IMG/VR virus record: IMGVR_UViG_3300044633_003049
Span: 147,785 to 211,784 of that record
Length of the DNA: 64,000 nt
Reading direction: 5' to 3' (one strand)
Positions 1 to 10,297 of this stretch are shown in pieces. The translations under genes were made by a program, and so were the position numbers. Under the pieces are notes generated by a model. It saw only the letters and a list, made by a program, of their open reading frames with translations. It searched no databases and had not been told where the DNA came from. Position 1 is the first letter of the stretch. Every line of letters begins with the position of its first letter.

Positions 1-1059
1 TGCCGCAACACTAATTAGTGGATAACCTGGTGATAATGTATTAATTAATATACAATCATTAATCGTATATGTGCCTGTTGATGTTATATTTCTAAATACA
101 AATCCATTTATGGTATCATATTTAATATTTCCTATTGCCGTTACGTTAATTGTTGTCCCACTATAATATGTTGTACCTGTTGTTGCACTTGAACAATCAA
201 CACCGTCAGGACATGACGCGGTAAATACCACATTAAATGGTGTAAATGTATTACCCGTTGTTGTTGAATAAACCACAACGTCTAATGTTGTTTTTGTGTC
301 ATTACTAATGAAACCTACCGTATCAGATATACTTTGAGCCCCCGTACCAAATGCGTATGTGGTACCATAACTCTCAGCTACATTACCGACGAATATTTCA
401 TTATTTGAGTTTGTATTTCCACTAATGTTAATTGTAATATCTACATTACCATAAGTTTGATTTAATTCAAAAAGTTGTGTTGGGGTGTTATATCCTTGTG
501 TCGCAACATTGTATGTTAATGAACCTGAACAAACTAATGTTGTTCTTAATGTTGATAATGCACAATTGCCCGCTAATTCAACATAACTTGAATCTGTTAA
601 TGTCATACCTCCATCATAATTTGAAAATAAATATGGTTCTGTATCGGCACAACTTTGAGCACAAATATAATCTGTAAATGTTCCTGGATATGAAAAAGTT
701 AGATATGATGTCTCACCACTATAAGTTCCACAAGGATAATAATATAAATAAATCTTATTATCGGTTTCACCTGATATATTGTTTAAATCACTCTGATTAA
801 TAACGATATTATATGATGTACATTCGTCACAAGGTTTTTTAATATCTTCTTTAGTAATTAATTGATTGGATAATTTTTCACTATATGAAACATGTAGGGG
901 ATTAATATTAATATATTGTAGTGCACGTTCTTTTGTAACTCCTTTATCTGTTGTTGGAATCGTTGTTTTTGATGTTAAAAAACCATCTTCAGCGGCTCTA
1001 TTAATATCACTATCAGTTAATATTTTATTTTTGGTTATCCCTGTCCATGATAATGACAT
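1..1059 (-). CDS. Tail fibre-associated structural protein, truncated by the window edge (not in ORF track)
   Basis: Hand translation from ATG at 1059 is open to base 1: MSLSWTGITKNKILTDSDINRAAEDGFLTSKTTIP...; 353 codons, Thr/Ser/Cys-rich beta-type sequence; start overlaps the end of the fibre gene by 35 nt. Confidence 0.8.
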   Translation of the reverse strand, partial: MSLSWTGITKNKILTDSDINRAAEDGFLTSKTTIPTTDKGVTKERALQYININPLHVSYSEKLSNQLITKEDIKKPCDECTSYNIVINQSDLNNISGETDNKIYLYYYPCGTYSGETSYLTFSYPGTFTDYICAQSCADTEPYLFSNYDGGMTLTDSSYVELAGNCALSTLRTTLVCSGSLTYNVATQGYNTPTQLFELNQTYGNVDITINISGNTNSNNEIFVGNVAESYGTTYAFGTGAQSISDTVGFISNDTKTTLDVVVYSTTTGNTFTPFNVVFTASCPDGVDCSSATTGTTYYSGTTINVTAIGNIKYDTINGFVFRNITSTGTYTINDCILINTLSPGYPLISVAA

Positions 1060-3355
1060 ACAATGACTCTATTTTATTTTCTAATTGTTTTATTTTATTT
1101 TCCAATTGATGTATTTTGAGAGTATGGACATCGTTATAGTTGACACTCATTGGTAAATCACCAACGACTAAGTCAGAACAAGCTTCTTTAACACTTTGAG
1201 CCGAATAACCATATCTTACTTGATTATCACCTTTTAATGTGAATTGTATAACATCTAATGTTGATAAATCCACATTTGGATTAACTGATATAATATCTTT
1301 ATATCTAATATCTGATACTTCGTAATACGCAGCAGCACTTACACTACCTGTAACAGATAATGATCCTGAAATTATTTGATTTCCTTTAAATGTATTTGAA
1401 CCAGTTGTTGCAAAATCTCCATAATTTTTTATTTGTATTGAACTAGACACAATACCTGAAGGTATTCCATTCAAACCGCTATATGTAATCTGTGAACTAC
1501 CTGAAACTAAAGATGGTTTGTCGATAATACCATTGAATGATATTTGACCTGAACCGGACACTACACTTATACCATTAAAAAATGAACCTGAATGTATAGT
1601 TGTTCCACCCAATACTTGTGAAGAACCTGATACCAAACCTGGTGGAACATCTGTAATACCGGTGAATGATATTTGTGATGAACCTGATATTACACCATCA
1701 GTTAATCTTAATAATTTTGATTCGGACCCCAAAGGACCAGCCATCCAATAATCATTTGTTGTATTCCATAATAACGAACCTGATACTAATGATGCGGTAG
1801 TTGCATCCCTAACAACCAAACCCGCATTTGCGGCTCCTGAACCATTTAACGATATAATATTATCACCAATTTCAAGTGTTGTTGAATTGATTGTTGTAGT
1901 TGTGCCAGATACAATTAAATTACCACCAATAGTAACTGTTGTACCGTCATCTGTTATTGATGAGTCACCTACAGTTGATGAGGAAGTAAATTTAACTACT
2001 TTATTGTTAGTACCTGATGTTGTAATTGAAGTTCCTGAACTTCCGTCTGTTCCATTAGAACCACTAGACCCTGAAGACCCGTCAGTACCATTACTACCTG
2101 ATGAACCACTAGTACCATCTGTTCCATTAGAACCACTAGTACCAGAACTACCATCAGTACCATTGGAACCTGATGAACCATTAGAACCTGAACTACCGTC
2201 TGTTCCGTTAGAACCACTAGTTCCTGAAGTACCATCTGTTCCATTACTTCCACTACTTCCCGAAGACCCGTCAGTTCCATTAGAACCTGAAGAACCAGAA
2301 GAACCATCTGTTCCATTAGAACCAGATGAACCTGAAGAACCTGAAGAACCAGAAGAACCATCTGTTCCATTAGAACCAGATGAACCTGAAGAACCTGAAG
2401 AACCAGAAGAACCATCTGTTCCATTAGAACCAGATGAACCTGAAGAACCTGAAGAACCTGAAGAACCATCTGTTCCATTAGAACCAGATGAACCTGAAGA
2501 ACCTGAAGAACCAGAAGAACCATCTGTTCCATTAGAACCAGATGAACCTGAAGAACCTGAAGAACCAGAAGAACCATCTGTTCCATTAGAACCAGATGAA
2601 CCTGATGTTGATGCGTTTGTTTTTGTTTCTAATCTACCTGATGTTGTATTATAAACAATAACTTCTGTTGATGTTGATCCTGATGTTAATCCTGTAATAT
2701 AAATTGAACCTGTGAATTGATGTGTGTCGTCATTGGTATCACCAAATTTTGTTGAACCTGATGAATATAAAACAGATGATGTAACATATGTCATATAAAG
2801 TTCGTCAGCCGTAATCGCACCTTTAACTTTAAATGAACCTGTTACTTCTAAATTGTTTGTTGTGTAATAATACCCTGCACCTGATATAAATAAAGAATCA
2901 CCTGATGTACCTGAAGAACCGTTGGTTCCATTAGACCCTGAAGAACCATTTGTTCCGTTAGAACCACTAGAACCTGAAGAACCGTTGGTTCCGTTAGAAC
3001 CTGATGTACCATGTGTTCCTGGATTTCCTTGATTACCCTGAGCTCCGGCCTCCCCATCACTACCTGATGTTCCAGAAGTTCCACTTGTTCCAGAAATACC
3101 TGATGAACCTGATGAACCATTTGTTCCATTATTTCCCGTGTCACCTTTTGTTCCACTTGAACCACTTGTTCCGCTAGACCCTATTCCTGATGTTCCAGAT
3201 GTACCATTACTTCCATCACTAAATCCAGTTAAAAATAATTCTCTTTTAATTCTAGACGTTACCGTTTGACCGGAATTATTTACAATTAACCATGAACCTG
3301 ATATGTCTCCCTCAAATAAGGGTAATTCACTAATTGGTATATCTGTTCCTGCCAT
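1025..3355 (-). CDS. Tail fibre with Gly-Ser collagen-like repeats and C-terminal intramolecular chaperone (peptidase S74-type)
   Basis: Long G-x-x triplet tracts (GSSGSNGTD); C-terminal SDIRYK autocleavage motif, GYSAQSV, SVNY and a terminal coiled coil, as in S74 chaperones. Confidence 0.85.
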   Translation of the reverse strand: MAGTDIPISELPLFEGDISGSWLIVNNSGQTVTSRIKRELFLTGFSDGSNGTSGTSGIGSSGTSGSSGTKGDTGNNGTNGSSGSSGISGTSGTSGTSGSDGEAGAQGNQGNPGTHGTSGSNGTNGSSGSSGSNGTNGSSGSNGTNGSSGTSGDSLFISGAGYYYTTNNLEVTGSFKVKGAITADELYMTYVTSSVLYSSGSTKFGDTNDDTHQFTGSIYITGLTSGSTSTEVIVYNTTSGRLETKTNASTSGSSGSNGTDGSSGSSGSSGSSGSNGTDGSSGSSGSSGSSGSNGTDGSSGSSGSSGSSGSNGTDGSSGSSGSSGSSGSNGTDGSSGSSGSSGSSGSNGTDGSSGSSGSNGTDGSSGSSGSNGTDGTSGTSGSNGTDGSSGSNGSSGSNGTDGSSGTSGSNGTDGTSGSSGSNGTDGSSGSSGSNGTDGSSGTSITTSGTNNKVVKFTSSSTVGDSSITDDGTTVTIGGNLIVSGTTTTINSTTLEIGDNIISLNGSGAANAGLVVRDATTASLVSGSLLWNTTNDYWMAGPLGSESKLLRLTDGVISGSSQISFTGITDVPPGLVSGSSQVLGGTTIHSGSFFNGISVVSGSGQISFNGIIDKPSLVSGSSQITYSGLNGIPSGIVSSSIQIKNYGDFATTGSNTFKGNQIISGSLSVTGSVSAAAYYEVSDIRYKDIISVNPNVDLSTLDVIQFTLKGDNQVRYGYSAQSVKEACSDLVVGDLPMSVNYNDVHTLKIHQLENKIKQLENKIESLYVIIMDRDNQK
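2304..2605. repeat. Near-perfect 54-bp tandem repeat (5 full copies plus a partial) inside the fibre gene
   Basis: Unit ccatctgttccattagaaccagatgaacctgaagaacctgaagaaccagaagaa starts at 2304, 2358, 2412, 2466, 2520, 2574; one mismatch seen in copy 3; encodes SNGTDGSSGSSGSSGSSG. Confidence 0.95.
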
Positions 3356-3393
3356 AACTATTGATTAACTAATAAATATATTAGTTTTTGGTT

Positions 3394-4266
3394 CTAATCG
3401 ACATTTATGTAATTATTATTTTCAGTTTTAATAGGATTGAGGTCTTCAGTATTAATTCTCATATAACTCGCAGCACTTTCACCACAATTAACAACCTTAA
3501 CAACTTGATTTGTTAGATACGGTGATTCAAAAACTATTCTAATTGTTTTCTCTTCAGCAACATCAAATGATTTTGTTACACTACCATTAATTCCAATTGG
3601 TGATGTGGTTTCGTCTCCCCAATGTACCGTAAATGATGACCCCGATATTGATAAATCTTGTCCGTCAATTATTATATATTCAGACAATTCGTTCTTAATT
3701 TGTTGGGGGTATTCAGATGTCAAATTTCTAACACCTGTTACATTCGTTGTTCCGTCTGGATTTGTATCATTAGCTAAAATGATATTAACTAATTGATACG
3801 TTGTTGTATTGTTAATTGTTATTGTGCTACCAGTTTCAGTACAAACACTTTCATATGCGAAGTTTGCACTAATTTTATTATGTCCAATATTTTTATCAAA
3901 CTCAACCATATCTCCCATTTCATCGGCCGTTGCTTCTAAAAATAATGGTAGTTGGAAATCGTCATAAACTTGACTATTAATATGTGTTTCTATTTCTTGT
4001 TCTGTCGTACCAGTACCAATAATTAAATTCCATGTGTCTCCTGTTGTTGGTGTATTCCATTTATAATATCCACTTGTTACGGTACCACCTGTTACATTAA
4101 AAACTAAAAAACCTGTGTCGGGTGTAAATCCGGTAGCTAAAAAGTCGGTCGCTCCCGTCCATGAAATCGGCGTATCATTAGAATCATACCATGTCTTTCC
4201 CGTTAATGAAACTAATTTCACTTCAGGTATTTTTTTTCTTCTAATGGTATGGTTAATTCTTTTCAT
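3394..4266 (-). CDS. Hypothetical virion structural protein
   Basis: 290-aa ORF in the tail/baseplate operon, Thr/Gly-rich. Confidence 0.65.
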   Translation of the reverse strand: MKRINHTIRRKKIPEVKLVSLTGKTWYDSNDTPISWTGATDFLATGFTPDTGFLVFNVTGGTVTSGYYKWNTPTTGDTWNLIIGTGTTEQEIETHINSQVYDDFQLPLFLEATADEMGDMVEFDKNIGHNKISANFAYESVCTETGSTITINNTTTYQLVNIILANDTNPDGTTNVTGVRNLTSEYPQQIKNELSEYIIIDGQDLSISGSSFTVHWGDETTSPIGINGSVTKSFDVAEEKTIRIVFESPYLTNQVVKVVNCGESAASYMRINTEDLNPIKTENNNYINVD

Positions 4267-5071
4267 AAAACTTTATCGGGGTATTTGTTATTCCTGATTT
4301 TGTCCCTCTACTAATTCCGTTATATTTGTAAACTTGGTATGAATAATCTCTTTTATCAATATCAACTTGGTAGTACATATCATTTTGTTCAGTAATAGTG
4401 TGACTCGTACTATAACTATCATTTGTAAAATCTAAAATTGTACCTTCTTTTGCGTTATAAAACTTTGCTGTCATAAAAAAGGTGTTACTTGTCGTTGTAC
4501 CACTTAAATTTGTTTCAGTTAAAACACTCTCATCTTGGAACCAAAAGAAATACATATTTTCTTTGTTACTATAATTTGATCCTCTAAAAACAGGTAAATG
4601 TATATAACCATTAAGTGAATTATAAAACATTTTTTCACCTAACGGTAACGACAAATTTTTTGCAAATATTAATTTTCTATTTTGTCTTGTTGGTGGTTCA
4701 CATGTTAATACATTACCTGAGACGGTTCCTGGTGTTTTAAAAAATTCCAATCTAAAAAAACTTTCGGTGGCCTGTTTCAACATACTTTCATTTTCTTGTG
4801 AACTTATACCTTGTGGGGTATAATCTTGAGTATATGTTCCATCACTTAAAAAATAAAAATAAAACCAAATATCGGTTTGCGCTACACCATCAGATAAATA
4901 TGGTTTATGGATATATCTAACCGTTTCGTAATTCTCAATTGGATTAATAATATCACTTAACACTTCGGTTTCAAATTCTTTCAAATTTTCTTCCCAACCG
5001 AGATTTGTTTGAAAATCAGTTTCAGTATTTAATAATATATTTAAATCAGTATCTTTTCTTAATATTTTCAT
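4253..5071 (-). CDS. Hypothetical virion structural protein
   Basis: 272-aa ORF tightly packed in the baseplate operon. Confidence 0.65.
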   Translation of the reverse strand: MKILRKDTDLNILLNTETDFQTNLGWEENLKEFETEVLSDIINPIENYETVRYIHKPYLSDGVAQTDIWFYFYFLSDGTYTQDYTPQGISSQENESMLKQATESFFRLEFFKTPGTVSGNVLTCEPPTRQNRKLIFAKNLSLPLGEKMFYNSLNGYIHLPVFRGSNYSNKENMYFFWFQDESVLTETNLSGTTTSNTFFMTAKFYNAKEGTILDFTNDSYSTSHTITEQNDMYYQVDIDKRDYSYQVYKYNGISRGTKSGITNTPIKFYEKN

Positions 5072-5072
5072 G

Positions 5073-6863
5073 TTAACAATCTGAATTACTATTTTTATTA
5101 TTTATATCCATGAAACTCGTTATTCCATTTGATTTATTTTTATAATATCTTTCATTTCTTAAATAGAAATTAATGTTTGCTTTAACATAATGATTACCAT
5201 TCATAAAAGGAAAATCTGTTCCGAATCCATCGGAATCAACGTAACCGTGATCATATATATCTCTCCATCTCCAAACTTTATCATATGGGTCATACTTTGC
5301 ATTTTCAGGTAAATTGAAAATATCATTAGTATTTGCAGTTTCGGTATATGGTGATAATTCCCTTAATTTAATTCTATAATGTGGTTGATATATTAATCCT
5401 TCTAAATTTGTTGATGACGCATATGTTGAACCCGATGTTTGTCCGTGATTAAATATTGTTATTGGATTTGTGATTTTATGAAATGATTCACTTACAATTC
5501 TCTCAGTCATTTCTTTTGGGTTATATTCAACAAAGGCACCATTTAATATTGAACCTATTGGTAATGTTTGTCCACTTAAAAATGTAAATCCAGTGTATCC
5601 AGGTAAATTTGTGTTTCCAGTAAATGACGTACTCGTTAATCCAATTTCGTTTGATGTGGTTCCACTAAAATGTTCATCAATCCATGTATCGTGAAAATGA
5701 AATTTATATCCAACCTTTGGTGGATAATTAAAATATCCATTTCCATTTCTAAAAATTGCAGTAACAAAAACATTTGTTGGACTAAATCCTAAATTATTTG
5801 TTAATCCACTTAATTTTAATGGTTCCTTAAAATCATATAAAACAGATTCCATTCTATTTCTTTCAACTATAACATCATTTGTACCTACACTATTTTCAAA
5901 TAGTATTTTTTTCTCGTCTTCAAACACTGGACTTTCAAATCCAAGTGAATCCATTATATATCCACCTTCATTAGTTAATGTTTTATGTTTGTGAACATAA
6001 TATTTGGAAGTTGAAGCAACAATGTTATTAAAATCTTTACATCTTTTACCTAACATAATTGTACTGAATGTTGTTCCCGTTTTTATTTGTGACTTTATAA
6101 TATTAATGACATATTTTTTAGAATCAAACGTTTCATTACCAACTGAATTGATATAAAAGGTTCTACCTGTTAATGTTAATCCTGTTAATGTACTACCAGA
6201 TAGAACCACATGTTCACCTTCGCTCATTCCATGTTCAACTGGTGATGTTAATTCATAATATGTGGTATAATCCACGACTCTAAATGGAATACCATCTTTA
6301 GCGGTGAAACTAACTTTAGTTCCGCCTGTTAGCGTATAGTCCATTTTAAATTCACTATCACCACTATAAACATAACTTAAATATAAATTCCAGTTTTGGT
6401 ATGGTGCCGATATTGGTGTTACGGTTGTGTGTGCTGTTGATCCTGATTTTACTATGTTTGGTGTAAAGGTACCTAATGTATTTCCCGTTACCGGTAAATT
6501 AACTTCTCTATAAACGTCTCTTCTTAAAAATGCAAATTCGTCATATGGTAAATAACCATCAAAAACAGTACTATCTTGTATGTTACTACCGTCACCCGTT
6601 AAATATAATCTTTGTTTTAAATAAGAATAAGGTGTCGATCCAGAATATAAATTACGAAAAACCATTTTTAACTTTCCATATATCTTATAATTTATACTTT
6701 CATTACGTTCTTTATAATATTGTTCATCTATATCTAATATTATGTCCCTTTCACCTATTCGCATAAGTGTATCACTATTGTCAAGATTTAGTTTTAATTC
6801 TAATTCTTGGTCATCCGCCTTTGCGAATTTTTTACTTGGTAATATGATTTGTTTCTTTTCCAT
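5073..6863 (-). CDS. Hypothetical virion structural protein
   Basis: 596-aa ORF coupled to its neighbours; 14 (S/T)GxT motifs. Confidence 0.65.
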   Translation of the reverse strand: MEKKQIILPSKKFAKADDQELELKLNLDNSDTLMRIGERDIILDIDEQYYKERNESINYKIYGKLKMVFRNLYSGSTPYSYLKQRLYLTGDGSNIQDSTVFDGYLPYDEFAFLRRDVYREVNLPVTGNTLGTFTPNIVKSGSTAHTTVTPISAPYQNWNLYLSYVYSGDSEFKMDYTLTGGTKVSFTAKDGIPFRVVDYTTYYELTSPVEHGMSEGEHVVLSGSTLTGLTLTGRTFYINSVGNETFDSKKYVINIIKSQIKTGTTFSTIMLGKRCKDFNNIVASTSKYYVHKHKTLTNEGGYIMDSLGFESPVFEDEKKILFENSVGTNDVIVERNRMESVLYDFKEPLKLSGLTNNLGFSPTNVFVTAIFRNGNGYFNYPPKVGYKFHFHDTWIDEHFSGTTSNEIGLTSTSFTGNTNLPGYTGFTFLSGQTLPIGSILNGAFVEYNPKEMTERIVSESFHKITNPITIFNHGQTSGSTYASSTNLEGLIYQPHYRIKLRELSPYTETANTNDIFNLPENAKYDPYDKVWRWRDIYDHGYVDSDGFGTDFPFMNGNHYVKANINFYLRNERYYKNKSNGITSFMDINNKNSNSDC

Positions 6864-9800
6864 TATTCAGCTGACGGGAATGCTCCCTTTGGACCAAATA
6901 GGTCAATAAATTTATCCATACCTGTTTTACCCGCATTTAATCCAAAGTAAAATTGGAATGGGGTTGAAAGTATTTGTTTATTTCCACTATAATAATCTTG
7001 TGTTCTTTTAATTGTAAATGTCGTGTTAGTCCAATTTGTAGATTGCCAAGTGCCAGCATCACCATATCTTGTATATAATGTTCCTGATGTTGGGTTTGTT
7101 TCCGAATTAGCAAATAAATAAGTAAATCCAGGATATTGTGTGTCATAACTTGTATGGTCGTCAACATCTGAAATCACATCAAATTCTATAGTTGTTCCTG
7201 ATATTTCACTATTTCCCGTTATAGTTAAACCGCTAAATGTATATGTCATCGGTAATAAAAGATATTGGTCTGATGGGTCATTAGGTGATTCCGTATATCT
7301 ATATCCATATGTCATACCTTGTAAAGGTTGTGATTGTACTCCACTATAATCCCATGATTGATTATTTTTATTTGTTCCATAATCACCAAATCCATTTCCT
7401 TTTTTATCCCATAAATAAAATGGGACATTTTGTGACGATTCAGTTAATCTACCAGGCTCATTTAAACAAGATCTAATTCTTTGTCCATCTTCTGATAATT
7501 CCAATGTAAGAGGTAATGGTCCGTAAATTGATGTTCCTCCTTTAAAAACTTGTGGATATTCTTCCGGATCTAAAACATTAAATTGGTATCCGAGATATTG
7601 TGGATTTTGTAAATCAAATTCTTCAATTCCAGTTTCATTATTTATAGATAATAGTTGTAAAATATCACCATCTAAAACATTTGATATTCCTACTCCACTT
7701 GAAAATCCTTTATTATCAAAAAACATATTTAAATTGCCGTTAGCATTTGCAACATCCATTCTATAGTTAATTGCTAACCCTAATAATTCACCTAAATCTT
7801 GATATGATGTCGCACCGATTGAACGTGATACTGAACAGTTTGGGTCTAATTTTGGATCAATACAAATTTCTTTAATAAATTCATCTCTTGGACCTAAATC
7901 AACAAATGTTGTTGGTTTTTTTATATTATCTACACTAAACGATAACCCATTTGATGTTGGGGCCGAACAATAATATAGTCTTTTTTGTCCGACCACTAGA
8001 CGTGCAATGTCTCTACAATAATTTGCGGTATTTTGATTATTACGATTAATTGCCGTTATTACTCTTTTAGCTTTGAATTGAGTGAAATACAATGAGCCGG
8101 ATAACCAATTATCGATAAATGCGTAATTCACAATTCCACCACAAAACATCTTTCCAACTCTTTTTCTTCTATAATATTCGTTTATTATTTTAATCAATCT
8201 AGACAATGTGTGAGTACCTGGTACTATATAAAAAATACCATTCATAAATTCGCTTCTATGGCTGGCCGGAATTGGTAGTCTACTAAAAACTTCACTTTCA
8301 ATATCTCTTATATTTTTATTTGAACTATAATTAGGAAATGGTATATGGGTCATAGAATCACCACCCGCCAATAATGTCGCAACTACTTTATCACCGGTGG
8401 ATGGACTTGGTTTATACGTTCTTCCTCCAATACCATTATCAACATAAACACCCGTTATTATCGCATCATTATATACTGTGTCGTACAATGCACATCCCTC
8501 TTCCGCAACAATACTTACATCTTGTGCACATTCAGTACATTCTGGAAAATTTATTAATGATAATTTTGTTGTGTTATCTATTTGCATATTACTTACAAAT
8601 CTTCTTAAATCTCTACCCGCACCTTTAGTTACACCAATATCAATTAATAATTCCGCAAATGGACCTAAAATATCTTTTACTAAAATATTTAACGTTGTTA
8701 GAATAATAAGTTTTAATACATAATCTAATAATAAAAGAAAATCTGCAATTAATAATGTAAATGTATAATTCTTAAATCCAAAATTTGATGGTGGTGTTAG
8801 TTTATCTCCACAATCCTCTTCCTCTGATGGATGTAATTCATTTATGTTTGCAAAATTTCCACCAACTTGGTAATTACTATGAAACGATGAAACAGTATAA
8901 ACTTTATTATAATTAAATCTATAAAAATAATCTCTTGGATAATATTCTCCCATTTCACTATATAAAATACCGTAATTAGAATTAGTGCTAACGGCATTTG
9001 TTGGATATCCACTCCATTGTGTACCGAAATAATATGACGCATCTATCTCACTTTCAGATGAATTAAATTCTCTAATATTTGGAATTAGGTAGTCAGCGTT
9101 AGCTCTTGCTCTACTTAAATCATTATCGTTCATACCGATTCTAAAACGATAACACGCGGAAGTTGGTACACCTTTATTTGGATCATTAGTAATTTCATTT
9201 TCACCAAACTCATTTGTATAAACATAATCCATATTCATTTCAATTGGAAACACAAAACCTCCGTCGTCGGGTATATCTTCTTCTAAATTAACCTCTTCTA
9301 ATATTGGTGCCGTAATTGATGTTCCGGATATTATTATGGTCTCTTTTTTTGGTGTAAATCTAATTGCTTCAATCTTACCAGATTTGGCAACCAAATCACA
9401 TTTTCTACCCATTTTCTTTTTGGGTCTACAGTTTTTATTAACTGCACTTTTACCGTTATCACCGTATATTCCACCAATAATAAATGCTGTTGGTGTTATA
9501 TTAATTCCTTTCTCTGATAAATCAAAATCAGTTCTTGTTAAACCAATTTCACAAAAATCATCATTACCCCAAAAAGGATAAACTTCAATTGTTTTATCAA
9601 ATGAAACAATTTGTGGTAACGTACTTAAATCTTCAGATGATTTAAATGTGTATTTGTTTTTAAATTTATCCACTCCATCACCTTGTCTCATGAAATCGTA
9701 AGGTCTTAAAGAGAAACAACCAATATCGGACAAATCAACATCAACGTGAATTGTTTGTTGTCCTAATGGAACTCCCCAAATCATAAAATCACCAGAACTA

Positions 9801-10243
9801 TTTGTTTTAACTGTATACGAATAATAAGTTTCATACACCTCTAAAACTTCTTCTCTTGTTAAAATATCTTCTTGGTCAAAGAATGTACCGGTGGGTTCAT
9901 GTCCGCCATGTTGTTTTCTTGATGGTAACAAATTGTATCTATAATTGTTACTATCTTTGCCCCCGATTTCAGTATAGGGATATAATGCAGATATAACTGG
10001 GTCATTTGAATGAATTTCTAATTGTGGAATAAATAACGATACTCTGGCATTTGGTACGCCCAAACCATTATTAACTGAAATACGACCACACACAACCCCA
10101 TAATCCGAACACATAGATGAATAAACATCCTTTTGAGTGAATCTTAACGATAGAACTTCCAAAAAATCAAAATCTTGTTTTAATTCAAGATTGACTATTT
10201 GGTCCTTCCCAATGTTTGTGGATATTCTATGCTTCTGTATCAT
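6863..10243 (-). CDS. Large baseplate/tail protein with N-terminal carboxypeptidase-regulatory-like (prealbumin-fold) domain
   Basis: GVPNARVSLF...TVKTNSSGDFMIWGVPLGQQTIHV pattern; directly downstream of the gp6-like wedge gene. Confidence 0.55.
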   Translation of the reverse strand: MIQKHRISTNIGKDQIVNLELKQDFDFLEVLSLRFTQKDVYSSMCSDYGVVCGRISVNNGLGVPNARVSLFIPQLEIHSNDPVISALYPYTEIGGKDSNNYRYNLLPSRKQHGGHEPTGTFFDQEDILTREEVLEVYETYYSYTVKTNSSGDFMIWGVPLGQQTIHVDVDLSDIGCFSLRPYDFMRQGDGVDKFKNKYTFKSSEDLSTLPQIVSFDKTIEVYPFWGNDDFCEIGLTRTDFDLSEKGINITPTAFIIGGIYGDNGKSAVNKNCRPKKKMGRKCDLVAKSGKIEAIRFTPKKETIIISGTSITAPILEEVNLEEDIPDDGGFVFPIEMNMDYVYTNEFGENEITNDPNKGVPTSACYRFRIGMNDNDLSRARANADYLIPNIREFNSSESEIDASYYFGTQWSGYPTNAVSTNSNYGILYSEMGEYYPRDYFYRFNYNKVYTVSSFHSNYQVGGNFANINELHPSEEEDCGDKLTPPSNFGFKNYTFTLLIADFLLLLDYVLKLIILTTLNILVKDILGPFAELLIDIGVTKGAGRDLRRFVSNMQIDNTTKLSLINFPECTECAQDVSIVAEEGCALYDTVYNDAIITGVYVDNGIGGRTYKPSPSTGDKVVATLLAGGDSMTHIPFPNYSSNKNIRDIESEVFSRLPIPASHRSEFMNGIFYIVPGTHTLSRLIKIINEYYRRKRVGKMFCGGIVNYAFIDNWLSGSLYFTQFKAKRVITAINRNNQNTANYCRDIARLVVGQKRLYYCSAPTSNGLSFSVDNIKKPTTFVDLGPRDEFIKEICIDPKLDPNCSVSRSIGATSYQDLGELLGLAINYRMDVANANGNLNMFFDNKGFSSGVGISNVLDGDILQLLSINNETGIEEFDLQNPQYLGYQFNVLDPEEYPQVFKGGTSIYGPLPLTLELSEDGQRIRSCLNEPGRLTESSQNVPFYLWDKKGNGFGDYGTNKNNQSWDYSGVQSQPLQGMTYGYRYTESPNDPSDQYLLLPMTYTFSGLTITGNSEISGTTIEFDVISDVDDHTSYDTQYPGFTYLFANSETNPTSGTLYTRYGDAGTWQSTNWTNTTFTIKRTQDYYSGNKQILSTPFQFYFGLNAGKTGMDKFIDLFGPKGAFPSAE

Positions 10244-10297
10244 TCTTTTAATAAATAGAAAAAAGGAGATTTTCTACTATTATAAACAAAAAACATT

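Noticed and set aside
2304-2605. Regular repeat resembling a CRISPR array
   Set aside because: Units are contiguous with no unique spacers and are in frame within a CDS
1990-3130. Repeated NGT as an N-glycosylation sequon
   Set aside because: No oligosaccharyltransferase or GT41-type enzyme was recognised and there is no acidic residue at -2; the pattern is explained by the triplet repeat
1887-3165. Antisense or alternate-frame ORFs 1887..2654, 1996..2586 and 2848..3165
   Set aside because: Stop-free shadows of the Gly-Ser repeat (PEEP and VLQVL low-complexity translations)
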